A stretch of DNA of 63,825 nt, filler included, from an uncultured bacterium (GTDB taxonomy: Bacteria > Auribacterota > CAZIXI01), in NCBI GenBank assembly GCA_964543115.1. It is 3 parts of 3 records of this genome, joined end to end, with 100 filler letters (N's around TTAATTAATTAA, not from the genome) between each part and the next. Parts side by side here need not be neighbours in the genome. Positions count along the whole stretch, not along the records: positions 47,169 to 63,825 come from CAZIXI010000052.1; 2 more parts are not named here. One strand, written 5' to 3'. The notes below the pieces were generated by a model. That model was not told where the DNA came from. It made no database searches and worked only from the letters and a program-made list of their open reading frames with translations. The position numbers were made by a program, and so were the translations under genes. This document shows, in pieces, positions 47,171 to 56,700 of this stretch. Position 1 is the stretch's first letter. Each line of letters starts with the position of its first letter.

Positions 47171-47395
47171 ATTGAACGCATCTGCCGGCGCACGTTCCGC
47201 GCCCTGCGCCTGCGTGATTACGGCCGCGTGGATATCCGCTTAACTCCGGAAAATGAAATCTACATCCTCGAGGCCAATCCCAATCCCTACCTCGCCAAAT
47301 ACGAGGATTTTCCGGAATCCGCGGAAAAAGGCGGGTTCAGTTATACCAGATTACTGGAAAGAATCCTCTCCCTGGCCCTGAGACGATACCAATAA
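47171..47395 (+). CDS. 3' fragment of a D-Ala-D-Ala ligase-like ATP-grasp protein (not in the ORF track)
   Basis: Translates to IERICRRTFRALRLRDYGRVDIRLTPENEIYILEANPNPYLA...LRRYQ*; RVD and EANPNP motifs. Confidence 0.8.
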   Translation: MERICRRTFRALRLRDYGRVDIRLTPENEIYILEANPNPYLAKYEDFPESAEKGGFSYTRLLERILSLALRRYQ

Positions 47396-47397
47396 AA

Positions 47398-48096
47398 TTA
47401 TTGCTTTCGTCCTACCAACCGGGCCAGCAAGATACTAATCTCATAAAGAAAGAGTAACGGCAGGGCCATCATTACCTGGGTAAAGATATCCGGCGGGGTA
47501 AGTACAGCCGCAAAAACAAAAATAGCCAATAAAACATATTTGCGCTTACGGCACAATAAGGCCGGGGTAACCAATCCCAATTTTGCTAAAAACAAAATCA
47601 CTACCGGCAATTCAAAGGCCAGGCCAAAAGCCAGCAGCATCATCCCCAAAAAGGAAATATACCTGCTAACCGAGATCATCGGCTGCAGGTAATCTCCGCC
47701 GAAAGCCAGTAAAAATTTTAAACCATAGGGAACGATAACCAAATAGGCAAATCCCGCCCCCAGAATAAAAAGCACTAAACTAAGTGGCACAAAGTAAACG
47801 AGATAACGCCGTTCCTCCGGCCTTAGGCCATTAACCACAAAGGCCCACACCTGATAAAGCACCAACGGTAAAGACAGGCAAAAACCACAGATCAGAGTAA
47901 CCTTCAGATAAGTAACAAAGGCCTCCAGCGGCTGAATAAAAACCAATCTTCCTACCGGCCGGGCCAACAGGGGCAATAACTTTCCGACCAGGGGGTAACA
48001 GGCAACGGAGGCCACTACCAGGGTAATCAAACAAATGATTATTCTTCTCCGCAGCTCTTCCAGGTGCTCGACAAAGGTTAAACTAACACTTTCCAT
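47398..48096 (-). CDS. tatC: Twin-arginine translocase subunit TatC
   Basis: HLEELRRR, PLEAF, GLAFELP, AAVLTPPD. Confidence 0.95.
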   Translation of the reverse strand: MESVSLTFVEHLEELRRRIIICLITLVVASVACYPLVGKLLPLLARPVGRLVFIQPLEAFVTYLKVTLICGFCLSLPLVLYQVWAFVVNGLRPEERRYLVYFVPLSLVLFILGAGFAYLVIVPYGLKFLLAFGGDYLQPMISVSRYISFLGMMLLAFGLAFELPVVILFLAKLGLVTPALLCRKRKYVLLAIFVFAAVLTPPDIFTQVMMALPLLFLYEISILLARLVGRKQ

Positions 48097-48526
48097 ATAC
48101 TTCTACCGTTGGCTGAACACTAACCGCTGATTTAATTGAACGCGAAATCAGGCAGTTACTTTCTGCCTGCTCAAGCAGACGGCGGACCCGGAGGGCATCT
48201 TCTTCAGAGGAAACAACAACCCGGGGCCGTAACTCAATCTTCGTAAACATCAGGCCCGCGGCGGTTTTTTCCAGCACGCCTTGCGCTTCGCAGGTATAAT
48301 CCTTAAAGGTTAAACCTTCCCTTTCGGCAAAAAATAAAAAGGTACTCAACAGGCAGGTATTTACTGAACTGACAAAAAGGTCTTCCGGACTCCAGACACC
48401 GGCGTGTCCCTTAAATTCCGGCGGGGTGGCAACAGCAATAGCGGGTTTATCGGAAGCGGATAATTCACCTTTCTTCAATCCGGTCCATCTAATATTTGTC
48501 TGATAAATAAACTGTTTACTAGGCAT
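48083..48526 (-). CDS. OsmC family protein
   Basis: PPEFKG, SPEDLFVSSVNTC, AESNCLISRS (two conserved Cys). Confidence 0.9.
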   Translation of the reverse strand: MPSKQFIYQTNIRWTGLKKGELSASDKPAIAVATPPEFKGHAGVWSPEDLFVSSVNTCLLSTFLFFAEREGLTFKDYTCEAQGVLEKTAAGLMFTKIELRPRVVVSSEEDALRVRRLLEQAESNCLISRSIKSAVSVQPTVEVYGKC

Positions 48527-49298
48527 GCAGCTTTTTCAGGATATCCTGATGAACAATACCGTTAGAGGCAATATACTGTTCAGTATCCGTTGTCCAGGGA
48601 TTACCGGCAAAATCCGTACACTTCCCGCCGGCCTCCTCCACCAATAACAAGCCGGCGGCATAATCCCAAACCTTATCATTAAATTCAATGTCCATCTCCG
48701 CCTTACCGGCAGCCACCATGGTCAGGTGTTCGGCACTGGAACCAAACATGCGGACGTTAAATACCCGATCAACTAAACCAGCCAATCCTTGGAGCATCGG
48801 TTTTTTGTTAACCCTGATACTACTGTCATAGATCATTGTCGCCTGTTCCATGTTCCGCTTGGAAACCTGAATTTTTTTGCCGTTGCAACACGCCCCCTCA
48901 CCTTTTTGCGCGCTATAGAGCTCCCCGGCCACCGGCATATTGATGACCCCGCCCACTACCCGGCCCTTATACTCAACCGCTATGGAAGTACCAAAAATCT
49001 TTATATTATGAATATAATTATGCGTTCCGTCCAGGGGGTCAATGATCCAGCGGAACTCCGCATCAATCATCTGATACTTACCTTCTTCCGATAAAATGTT
49101 ATCCTTGGGGAATTTTTTTCTGATTAGATCAACAATTGTTTCTTCCGCCAGCAGGTCCACATTAGTCACATAATCCCGGTCACCTTTAGACTCAATCTTA
49201 CTGATCTTACTGAAATTATCCACTAATAACTTCCCCGCCGCCATCGCCGCCGCAACCGCTATTTCCATTCGATTATCAATATTCACAGTATTCTCCAT
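48519..49298 (-). CDS. Inositol monophosphatase family protein
   Basis: SEEG, WIIDPLDGTHNY, WDYAAG. Confidence 0.92.
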   Translation of the reverse strand: MENTVNIDNRMEIAVAAAMAAGKLLVDNFSKISKIESKGDRDYVTNVDLLAEETIVDLIRKKFPKDNILSEEGKYQMIDAEFRWIIDPLDGTHNYIHNIKIFGTSIAVEYKGRVVGGVINMPVAGELYSAQKGEGACCNGKKIQVSKRNMEQATMIYDSSIRVNKKPMLQGLAGLVDRVFNVRMFGSSAEHLTMVAAGKAEMDIEFNDKVWDYAAGLLLVEEAGGKCTDFAGNPWTTDTEQYIASNGIVHQDILKKLHA

Positions 49299-49312
49299 AT
49301 AAAAATGTTCTG

Positions 49313-49418
49313 TTTTTTAACGCAGAGACCGCAGAGTGTTTCGCAAAGACCGCAGAATATTTTAGAATAATCCTCTGCGTGCTCAGCGTTATCTTTGCGA
49401 GCTCTGCGTTTAAAAAAA
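49313..49418. repeat. Palindromic REP-like element (CGCAGAG type)
   Basis: AACGCAGAGACCGCAGAG..CGCAAAGACCGCAG ... CTCTGCG..CTTTGCGAGCTCTGCGTT. Confidence 0.8.
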
Positions 49419-49437
49419 TCTCACAATATCAGCTCCC

Positions 49438-51099
49438 TTAACTAGCAAAGACAGCACCGGTATTGGCTGAAGTTACCATTTGCGCATAGCGGTACAAATA
49501 ACCTGTTTTTACTTTGTAGTCCGGCCGTTTCCATTTCATTAACCGTTTTTTTATTTCCGCGTCAGAAATTTTTATTTCCAACCGTTTCTTGGGAATATTT
49601 ATCTCAATCGTATCCCCTTCCTTAACTATCGCCAGCGGCCCGCCTTCCTGGGCCTCCGGGGAAATATGCCCAATCGCCGCTCCTCTGGTCCCTCCGGAAA
49701 AACGGCCGTCTGTAAGCAAGGCTACATCTTTATCCAGTCCCACGCCGGCAATGGCGGAAGTGGGCCCCAGCATTTCCCGCATTCCCGGACCGCCCTTGGG
49801 TCCTTCATAGCGAATAACCACAACATCACCTTTCTTAATCTTTTTCCCTAAGATTGCTTTCAGGGCATCGTCTTCACAATCAAACACCCGCGCCGGACCC
49901 TGGTGAACCAGCATACTATCGGCTACTGCCGCTTTTTTAACAACCGCTCCCTGCGGGGCCAGAGAACCGAATAAAATAGCCAGGCCGCCATCAGCAGAAT
50001 AGGGATTATCTACCGGCCGAATAACCTTTGGATCAAGATTATGCGCTTGCCTGATATTATCTTTTACTCTTTTAGCTGAAACAGTTAGAACATCCTTGTC
50101 AATTAATCCCCTTTCATCAAGCTCTTTCATCACCGCCGGGATTCCTCCTGCCTGATCCAGGTCTTCCAGATGATGCATACCTGCCGGGGCAATCCGGCAA
50201 AGATTGGGTGTATGCGCGCTGATTTCATTAAAAAGCTTTAGCGGTAATTTTATTCCCGCCTCATTGGCAATTGCCGGTAAATGCAGTACCGTATTGGTAG
50301 AACTACCCAGGGCCATTTCGACGGCAATAGCATTACGAAACGCCTGGACAGTGGCAACATCCCGGGGATAGATTTTTTTGGTAACCAGCTCCACTGCTTT
50401 CATCCCCGCTTCTTTCGCCAGCCTTCTCCTGCCTGCCGCAACAGCCGGAATCGTTCCGTTACCAGGCAGGGCCAGACCAATCGCCTCACTCAAACAATTC
50501 ATGGAATTGGCAGTAAACATTCCCGAACAGGAACCGCAGCCGGGACAAGCGGCATCTTCCAGTTTCTTTAACTGGGCCTTAGTTATTTTACCGGAGGCAA
50601 CGCCGCCCACTCCTTCAAATACAGTAATCAAATCAATTGGGCGTTTTTCCAGCCGGCCGGCCAGCATCGGCCCGCCGCTGATCATAATTGCCGGGATATT
50701 CAGCCGCAGCATGGCCATCAGCATCCCGGGAATAATCTTATCGCAGTTGGGTGCCAGTACCAGGCCGTCAAACGGATGGGCGGTAGCCATGATCTCCACC
50801 GAATCAGCAATTAATTCCCGGGAAGGCAGAGAATACTTCATCCCCTGATGCCCCATAGCAATACCATCACAAACACCAATAGTGGAAAACTCTATTGGTG
50901 TGCCGCCAGCCATACGCACCCCGGCCTTAACCGCCTCCACAACACTGTTAAGGTCATAATGTCCCGGGATAACCTCATTAGCGGAATTGGCAATCCCGAT
51001 AAGCGGACGGTTAAGCTCCTCATCCGTATAGCCCATAGCCTTAAACAATGACCGGTGCGGAGCCCGTTCCACACCTTTCTTCATCATATCCGAACGCAT
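49438..51099 (-). CDS. ilvD: Dihydroxy-acid dehydratase
   Basis: [38 protein letters not shown]. Confidence 0.97.
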   Translation of the reverse strand: MRSDMMKKGVERAPHRSLFKAMGYTDEELNRPLIGIANSANEVIPGHYDLNSVVEAVKAGVRMAGGTPIEFSTIGVCDGIAMGHQGMKYSLPSRELIADSVEIMATAHPFDGLVLAPNCDKIIPGMLMAMLRLNIPAIMISGGPMLAGRLEKRPIDLITVFEGVGGVASGKITKAQLKKLEDAACPGCGSCSGMFTANSMNCLSEAIGLALPGNGTIPAVAAGRRRLAKEAGMKAVELVTKKIYPRDVATVQAFRNAIAVEMALGSSTNTVLHLPAIANEAGIKLPLKLFNEISAHTPNLCRIAPAGMHHLEDLDQAGGIPAVMKELDERGLIDKDVLTVSAKRVKDNIRQAHNLDPKVIRPVDNPYSADGGLAILFGSLAPQGAVVKKAAVADSMLVHQGPARVFDCEDDALKAILGKKIKKGDVVVIRYEGPKGGPGMREMLGPTSAIAGVGLDKDVALLTDGRFSGGTRGAAIGHISPEAQEGGPLAIVKEGDTIEINIPKKRLEIKISDAEIKKRLMKWKRPDYKVKTGYLYRYAQMVTSANTGAVFAS

Positions 51100-51152
51100 A
51101 AATCCTCCTATATCGACAATGTCGCAGTATCAACATTATCGATAATGTAAAA

Positions 51153-51347
51153 TTAGCTGTTTATTTTGACAAAATTTCTGATTGAACGATCGTAAGTTCT
51201 TTCCACATCATTAGGAAAATAACAAGCGGGAAGTTCCCGGGCCCGCAGGTGATAAGCAAGGCATTCACAGCAAATCCCTTTACGGGAACAAGGCTCATAA
51301 CTGCAATTGCAATGAGACATATTTTTCTTCACGCGGCATTCCATCAT
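51153..51347 (-). CDS. Small Cys-rich protein (DUF6485-like)
   Basis: [21 protein letters not shown]...ELPACYF. Confidence 0.7.
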   Translation of the reverse strand: MMECRVKKNMSHCNCSYEPCSRKGICCECLAYHLRARELPACYFPNDVERTYDRSIRNFVKINS

Positions 51348-51354
51348 CTCCTCC

Positions 51355-51822
51355 TCATTTCCTAAACAACATCATCCGCTTCCATTTGCTCATGTAGTCG
51401 GTAATTAATTTTCCCTGCAGATGGTCTATTTCATGCAGAATGATCCGGGCCAACAGATCTTTGACCTTTAATTCCACTTTCTTGCCTTTTTCATCCAGCC
51501 CGGCAATAACTATCTCTACCGGCCGGATAATCTGCACGCTGTAATTAGGCACACTGAGGCAGCCTTCCGCCATGGCCGCTTCACCCTTAACATCCAAAAT
51601 CACCGGATTAATCAATTTAACCAGCTGGTCCCCGGTTCCCGCCACAATAATCTGTTTAGAAATACCCACCTGCGGCGCCGCCAATCCCACACCATCAGAT
51701 TTATGCATGGTAAAGAGCATATCCTGCAACAGTTGCTGGTCTGCCGGGGTAACCTCCTCCACCGGCTGGCAGATCTTTCTTAACACTTCCGCGGGATATT
51801 TTTTAATTTCCAAGGATTTCAT
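51355..51822 (-). CDS. def: Peptide deformylase
   Basis: [20 protein letters not shown]. Confidence 0.96.
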   Translation of the reverse strand: MKSLEIKKYPAEVLRKICQPVEEVTPADQQLLQDMLFTMHKSDGVGLAAPQVGISKQIIVAGTGDQLVKLINPVILDVKGEAAMAEGCLSVPNYSVQIIRPVEIVIAGLDEKGKKVELKVKDLLARIILHEIDHLQGKLITDYMSKWKRMMLFRK

Positions 51823-51825
51823 TAG

Positions 51826-52593
51826 CTATTGTTCTCCTCTCCGCAGAGCGGTATCTTCACAACTTAACGGGTGTGTCTCTTTCGTTTTGGCCTCATAAAC
51901 ATTAACCACGGTCAACCCCTGAAAAAAGCTCTTAATCTCCGCCATTTCCTCCCGTCCCAAAGGCTGTGCCGCGCAGGGGCGTAAAGGAGTATTGAGCTGC
52001 ACTTCATCAGGCTTAATGTCCCGCGCCAGGGCGGCAATCCTTTCCGCTTCCGCTTTGTTAGCGGCAACGAACATAATCTGCAGGGCAAATCTTCCCCGAT
52101 AAACCTTCCTGAAATCTTTCAGGCCCCCAATAATATCACTAAATGTAACCGCCGTCACCGGCCGATTTATCCGCTCAAGATACTCCTGAGCGGAGGCATC
52201 CAGTTTGGCCATAACAAAATCTATCCCCAACAAATCCTGGACAACATCTTTCCGGCCCAATAAACTGGCATTGGTCAGAATAGCTATTTTTTCTTTTCTG
52301 ATCCTTTTAATTTCCCGAGTCAGTTCCCCCAGATTTTCCGCGAGTGTGGGCTCACCACAACCGGAAAAGGTAATGTAATCTATCTCCAGCGGAGGTAAAG
52401 ATTTTATTTCTTTAATAATTTCTGCTGTCGGAACATATATTTTCCGCTGAGCGTTATATTCAATCGCTTCCCCTAATTGGCAGTAAACACAATTGAAGGA
52501 ACAGGATTTTTGGGCAGCGGCAATAAGATCAACACCCAGTGAACGGCCTAAACGCCAGGAAGGCACAGGACCATAAATATATTTATACTTCAC
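51826..52593 (-). CDS. Radical SAM protein
   Basis: YGPVPSWRLGRSLG, CSFNCVYC, SGCGEPT. Confidence 0.88.
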   Translation of the reverse strand: MKYKYIYGPVPSWRLGRSLGVDLIAAAQKSCSFNCVYCQLGEAIEYNAQRKIYVPTAEIIKEIKSLPPLEIDYITFSGCGEPTLAENLGELTREIKRIRKEKIAILTNASLLGRKDVVQDLLGIDFVMAKLDASAQEYLERINRPVTAVTFSDIIGGLKDFRKVYRGRFALQIMFVAANKAEAERIAALARDIKPDEVQLNTPLRPCAAQPLGREEMAEIKSFFQGLTVVNVYEAKTKETHPLSCEDTALRRGEQ

Positions 52594-53486
52594 TTCTTTT
52601 TTTCCTCACTTTTAACCGAGGGCTCAATATGCACCGTCAAGGCTTCCACTTGGGGAATTTGCCTCCTCACGGCCTGTTCCACCTCATGTGAAATGCTGTG
52701 AGCGGTGGAGACATGGGTATTACCGGCGATCTTCAGGTGCAGCTCGCCAAAATAAAAAGGACCGGCCTGCCGCACGGCAACCGCCCCGATACCTTTAACC
52801 CCCTCAACAGCATTGGCAACTTGGGCAATTGTGTTTTCCAGCTCAGGACTAGGTGTGGCATCCATTAACCCGTAAATAGCAATCCGGCCGTTCTTTACCC
52901 CCACCCAGAGAATCACAGCTGAAATAAGAATTGTTAATACACCTTCTATATAAGGAACCCCTAACTTGATAAGAATGATAGAAATGAATACCAGGAGCGA
53001 GGTTGCCGCATCCATCAGGGTATGCTCCGCTGTGGCAATCAGACTGTGGGCATTGATTCTTTTCCCCACCCATTTTTCCCAAATAGAAAGTACCAGCGAA
53101 ACAATCACGGCCAAGGCGGAAACAAAAAGAGCAAGAGACGTATGGCGAAGAGGACACGTCGTAAACAGCTCTTTCACCCCTTCGGTGAAAAGCATTATCC
53201 CGGCAGATAAAATCATCAGGGAAATAAACATCGCGGCCAGTGTTTCCGCCTTATAAAAACCATAAGGAAACCTCTTTGTCCGCGCCCGGCCGGCAATTTT
53301 AAAACCGAACCAGGAAGCCAGTAAAACGAAGAAATCGGAAATGCTATGCACCGCGTCCGCCACCAGCACAACGGCACCGGACACAAACCCAACTATCGCC
53401 TTGGTTAAGGCCAGGACAATTACCACTACCATGGCAAGACCAGTCAGCCGGCGGCCGGTTTTAAAGGTATTTTCTTTCCTCGACAT
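52590..53486 (-). CDS. Cation diffusion facilitator transporter (FieF-like)
   Basis: DAVHSISD, PYGFYKAE, HTLMD, C-terminal VHIEP. Confidence 0.9.
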   Translation of the reverse strand: MSRKENTFKTGRRLTGLAMVVVIVLALTKAIVGFVSGAVVLVADAVHSISDFFVLLASWFGFKIAGRARTKRFPYGFYKAETLAAMFISLMILSAGIMLFTEGVKELFTTCPLRHTSLALFVSALAVIVSLVLSIWEKWVGKRINAHSLIATAEHTLMDAATSLLVFISIILIKLGVPYIEGVLTILISAVILWVGVKNGRIAIYGLMDATPSPELENTIAQVANAVEGVKGIGAVAVRQAGPFYFGELHLKIAGNTHVSTAHSISHEVEQAVRRQIPQVEALTVHIEPSVKSEEKKK

Positions 53487-53488
53487 AA

Positions 53489-53704
53489 TCACCTGCAACT
53501 GGAACAATTATGGGTTGAACAGCTGGAACAGGACGCGCCCCCCTGCCCCTTGCTGGAACCCGAAATACCAAAAGCGGCAAACATCTTCTTCACCTTTCTA
53601 CTGCCGCAACGCTGGCATTTAAGGTCTTCCTTACCCTGACCCACCCCAATAAGAAGGTCAAACTCCTGCTGACAATCCTGACATTGAAATGAATAGATAG
53701 GCAT
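53489..53704 (-). CDS. FmdB-family zinc-ribbon protein
   Basis: MPIYSFQCQDC...CQRCGS and C-terminal CSSC...CSSC. Confidence 0.88.
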   Translation of the reverse strand: MPIYSFQCQDCQQEFDLLIGVGQGKEDLKCQRCGSRKVKKMFAAFGISGSSKGQGGASCSSCSTHNCSSCR

Positions 53705-53784
53705 AAAAAGTGAAGATATTATATCACGGTGCAGCAGAACCGTAACCAAAAAAATGAGAAGCGCCGTACTCTTTTGTGCGATTT

Positions 53785-56700
53785 TTAGACACTTATTGCT
53801 GCTTCCGTTCCAACCGGCAAGGAAAGCTCTCTTCTGATAATCCCTTCAATCTCTTCCGGCGGGATGATTGAGGGCCCGGTAAGAAAGCAGGATACCACCC
53901 GATAAATACCACCCCAATCAGCGCTGCCGCCAAGTTCTTTCTCTCTTCTGTTCAAGGCCGGCAGCGCGTTTTGCAACCCACTGCCCCCGTTTATTAAACG
54001 CACCGAAACCCGGCAACCGTCCTTTTCCCGCTTAATATACAGTACAACCTGTACATCCGCAAATCTGCCATTACCACTGAAAAATTCAATGCAATCAAGA
54101 TAATCTATCTCCTGATCAGTAATCACGCGCGCCAGTTCACTATCTACACTAACTACACCTGGCTGAAGCAATATTTCCCTGCGCTCTGCCTTGTTGCGCA
54201 GATGCCGGTTAAAAACGGTAGCTAACCGATAATAGGGCTGCTGATCCTGGAAATAATGCAATTTTAAGCGTACTTCTTCCAATGTTGGGTTATCATCATA
54301 GATATAGTGGAATAACTCCATGAATTTTCTAAAAAATACATCAAAAGAAACACGTTTGTCTTCTCCCTGATGAAGCCAGGCAAAAAGAATAGCATTTAAC
54401 AATTTTATTTTCCTTTCCCGCTCTTTATCACCTTTTAGATCAGCCCGCATAATATAATTATCCGCGTAATAAACAACCGCGCAAAGAAAATCGCGTTCTT
54501 CCACACTCAATTCTTCCCAATACTTAATGATCCACTGCGCCAGAAACCCGTCCTGATCCATATGACTCTGAATAAAAACCGCTTCCAATAATCTCGGTAA
54601 TTCTTCGGCCAGCCTTCGTTCTCCCAAACTGCTCAAATAAGCAACCACCAGAGAAGTAGCTGTCTGATCGCGTAAAGACTGATCCCCGCTGAAATGATGA
54701 TCAAATTCATAGAGCCTTGTATTATCAGTTAAAACCGCCGGCTGGTAGGCGCGCAGTGCCGCAGCCAGCTTGCGGCCGTTTTGTTCGTATCGCTGTTGAT
54801 TAAGCACATTTGTCTGGCCATTATTTTCCCGCTCAATAATTACTTTATGGCTGTCCAGATCAACTATTGTCCGACAACCTACCTGCGCCAACCGTTTATG
54901 TAAAGCGGCAAATTTATCTTCCGGAACCAATAGTGTATTAGCTCCAATAATCCTACATTCCGGCACAAATTTTTTCCACAAATGATCTTCCTTGCCCAAC
55001 ACCCAATTAAGCATTACCGCCTCTTCAAAATCAACTACTGCCAATAAATCATTCTTTTCAATATCACGAAAATCATAATGGAACCTTTCACCATCAATCA
55101 TAATCATAACCTTATTATGCTGTAAATTCTTTAAACCCTTTTCACCAAGAAAATAGGACATCCGCTTACGCACCCGGCCCCCATTAATAGTTATATTAAT
55201 TTGCCAGCTTTCTACCTGTTTATTTTTAATCATTAGCAACTGCTCAACAACCTGCCGAAGCATAACCATCTTGGTCAGTTCAGTACTCCGATAGCGCCAG
55301 CCCATTTCCGCAACAAAATCACGGTCAAAACCGCCAAGCACCCGGTCCGGCAGTTTCTTCCGCAGTGTGCCTTCTACCCCGTTTACAGCATACTCTTTGA
55401 ACATAACTAACTCTAATAACTTCACCCACCCCTTCATCCCCCAGCATTCTTCATAACTCAGCCCCACTGGTGGTAAGGTACTATGATTTAATCTTAACCT
55501 GTTTTTGGTTCCTTTTAACTTACGGATAGCTGCCTGTAATTGCCGGCAAAACTTGGCCTCCCGGTCAGTCAGCTTTTTCGCCCGCCAGCGCATAATATGG
55601 ATTAACTCTTCCATACTTTTACCTTCAACCATGGCTAACGACAGCGTTAATTTGCGCCATTGGAACAGCTCTTTCATTTCATCCGGAAAAGCGGTAAATA
55701 TCTGTGCAAGATTTGCTTTCCCTTTAGAAAAATTAAGTTTACTCAATTGCATCAGCCCTTTCACAAACAGGATCTGCCCCCGGTCACCCTGATATAACTC
55801 AACGGCATTCTCATCTCGTGATATTATTTTAAGATAATAATTTATTACCGCCCAATTCGGCCAGGCAACACGAACCGGAGACCAGACTTCACACTCCGGC
55901 GTTAATTTATCCTGCAAGGCCCTGGCCAGTGAAGCGCTGCAGGAGAGAGACCGGGAAAAGTGAGCAATCTTGATCAGACCAGCGTAGTGCGCAATTTCCA
56001 GGTCACGCACAAAATTCGCAGAGGCAAAGCGGCCAAACTCCCGGTACCGTTCCGGACGATTCAATCTGCGTAAATCAATTAAACCCCATTCTGTCTCCAG
56101 CGGTTCAATCCCCTGAAAAAGTTCCGAATCGGCAATAAGCGGTTTACCTTCCTTGATCTTTCTGGCTATTTCCGCCTGGCTGACCACCGGAACCGGATGC
56201 CACTGACTGTAAACCCATCTTTTCTCCCGTACCAATAAGGACTGCAACGTTCTCTTTGGTTTAACACGACAATTTATCTGCTCTATTGATATCCCTTTAA
56301 TCCTCTCCAAAAACAGCCGCCGCAGCAGGGCGCGCCTCAGCGGCGCCTCCGGAGTTAAAACCTGTAACTTAGTTATCTTTTTGATAATTTCCAAATTTTC
56401 CCCGGCAAGTCTGAAAAACAGTTTAACATCCAAGAGTAAGCGTTTTTTCTCAAAACCTTTCTGTTTCTCCGCGGTCTGTGCCGCTAACGGTGAGGCCTCA
56501 TGATAAAGTTCATGCACCACCACTCCCTGAAAAAGAACACGAAACGCGTCATTATCCGGAACAGCCAAAATCCATTTAGGAATACCAATCAACCTGTTCC
56601 GTTGACAATCAGCACCGGCACAAGGTGATTTATCTAAAAGTATTAACTTTAATGTTTCACCGTTAAGGACGCGTATTTTACGCATAAGCGCCCGATCCTG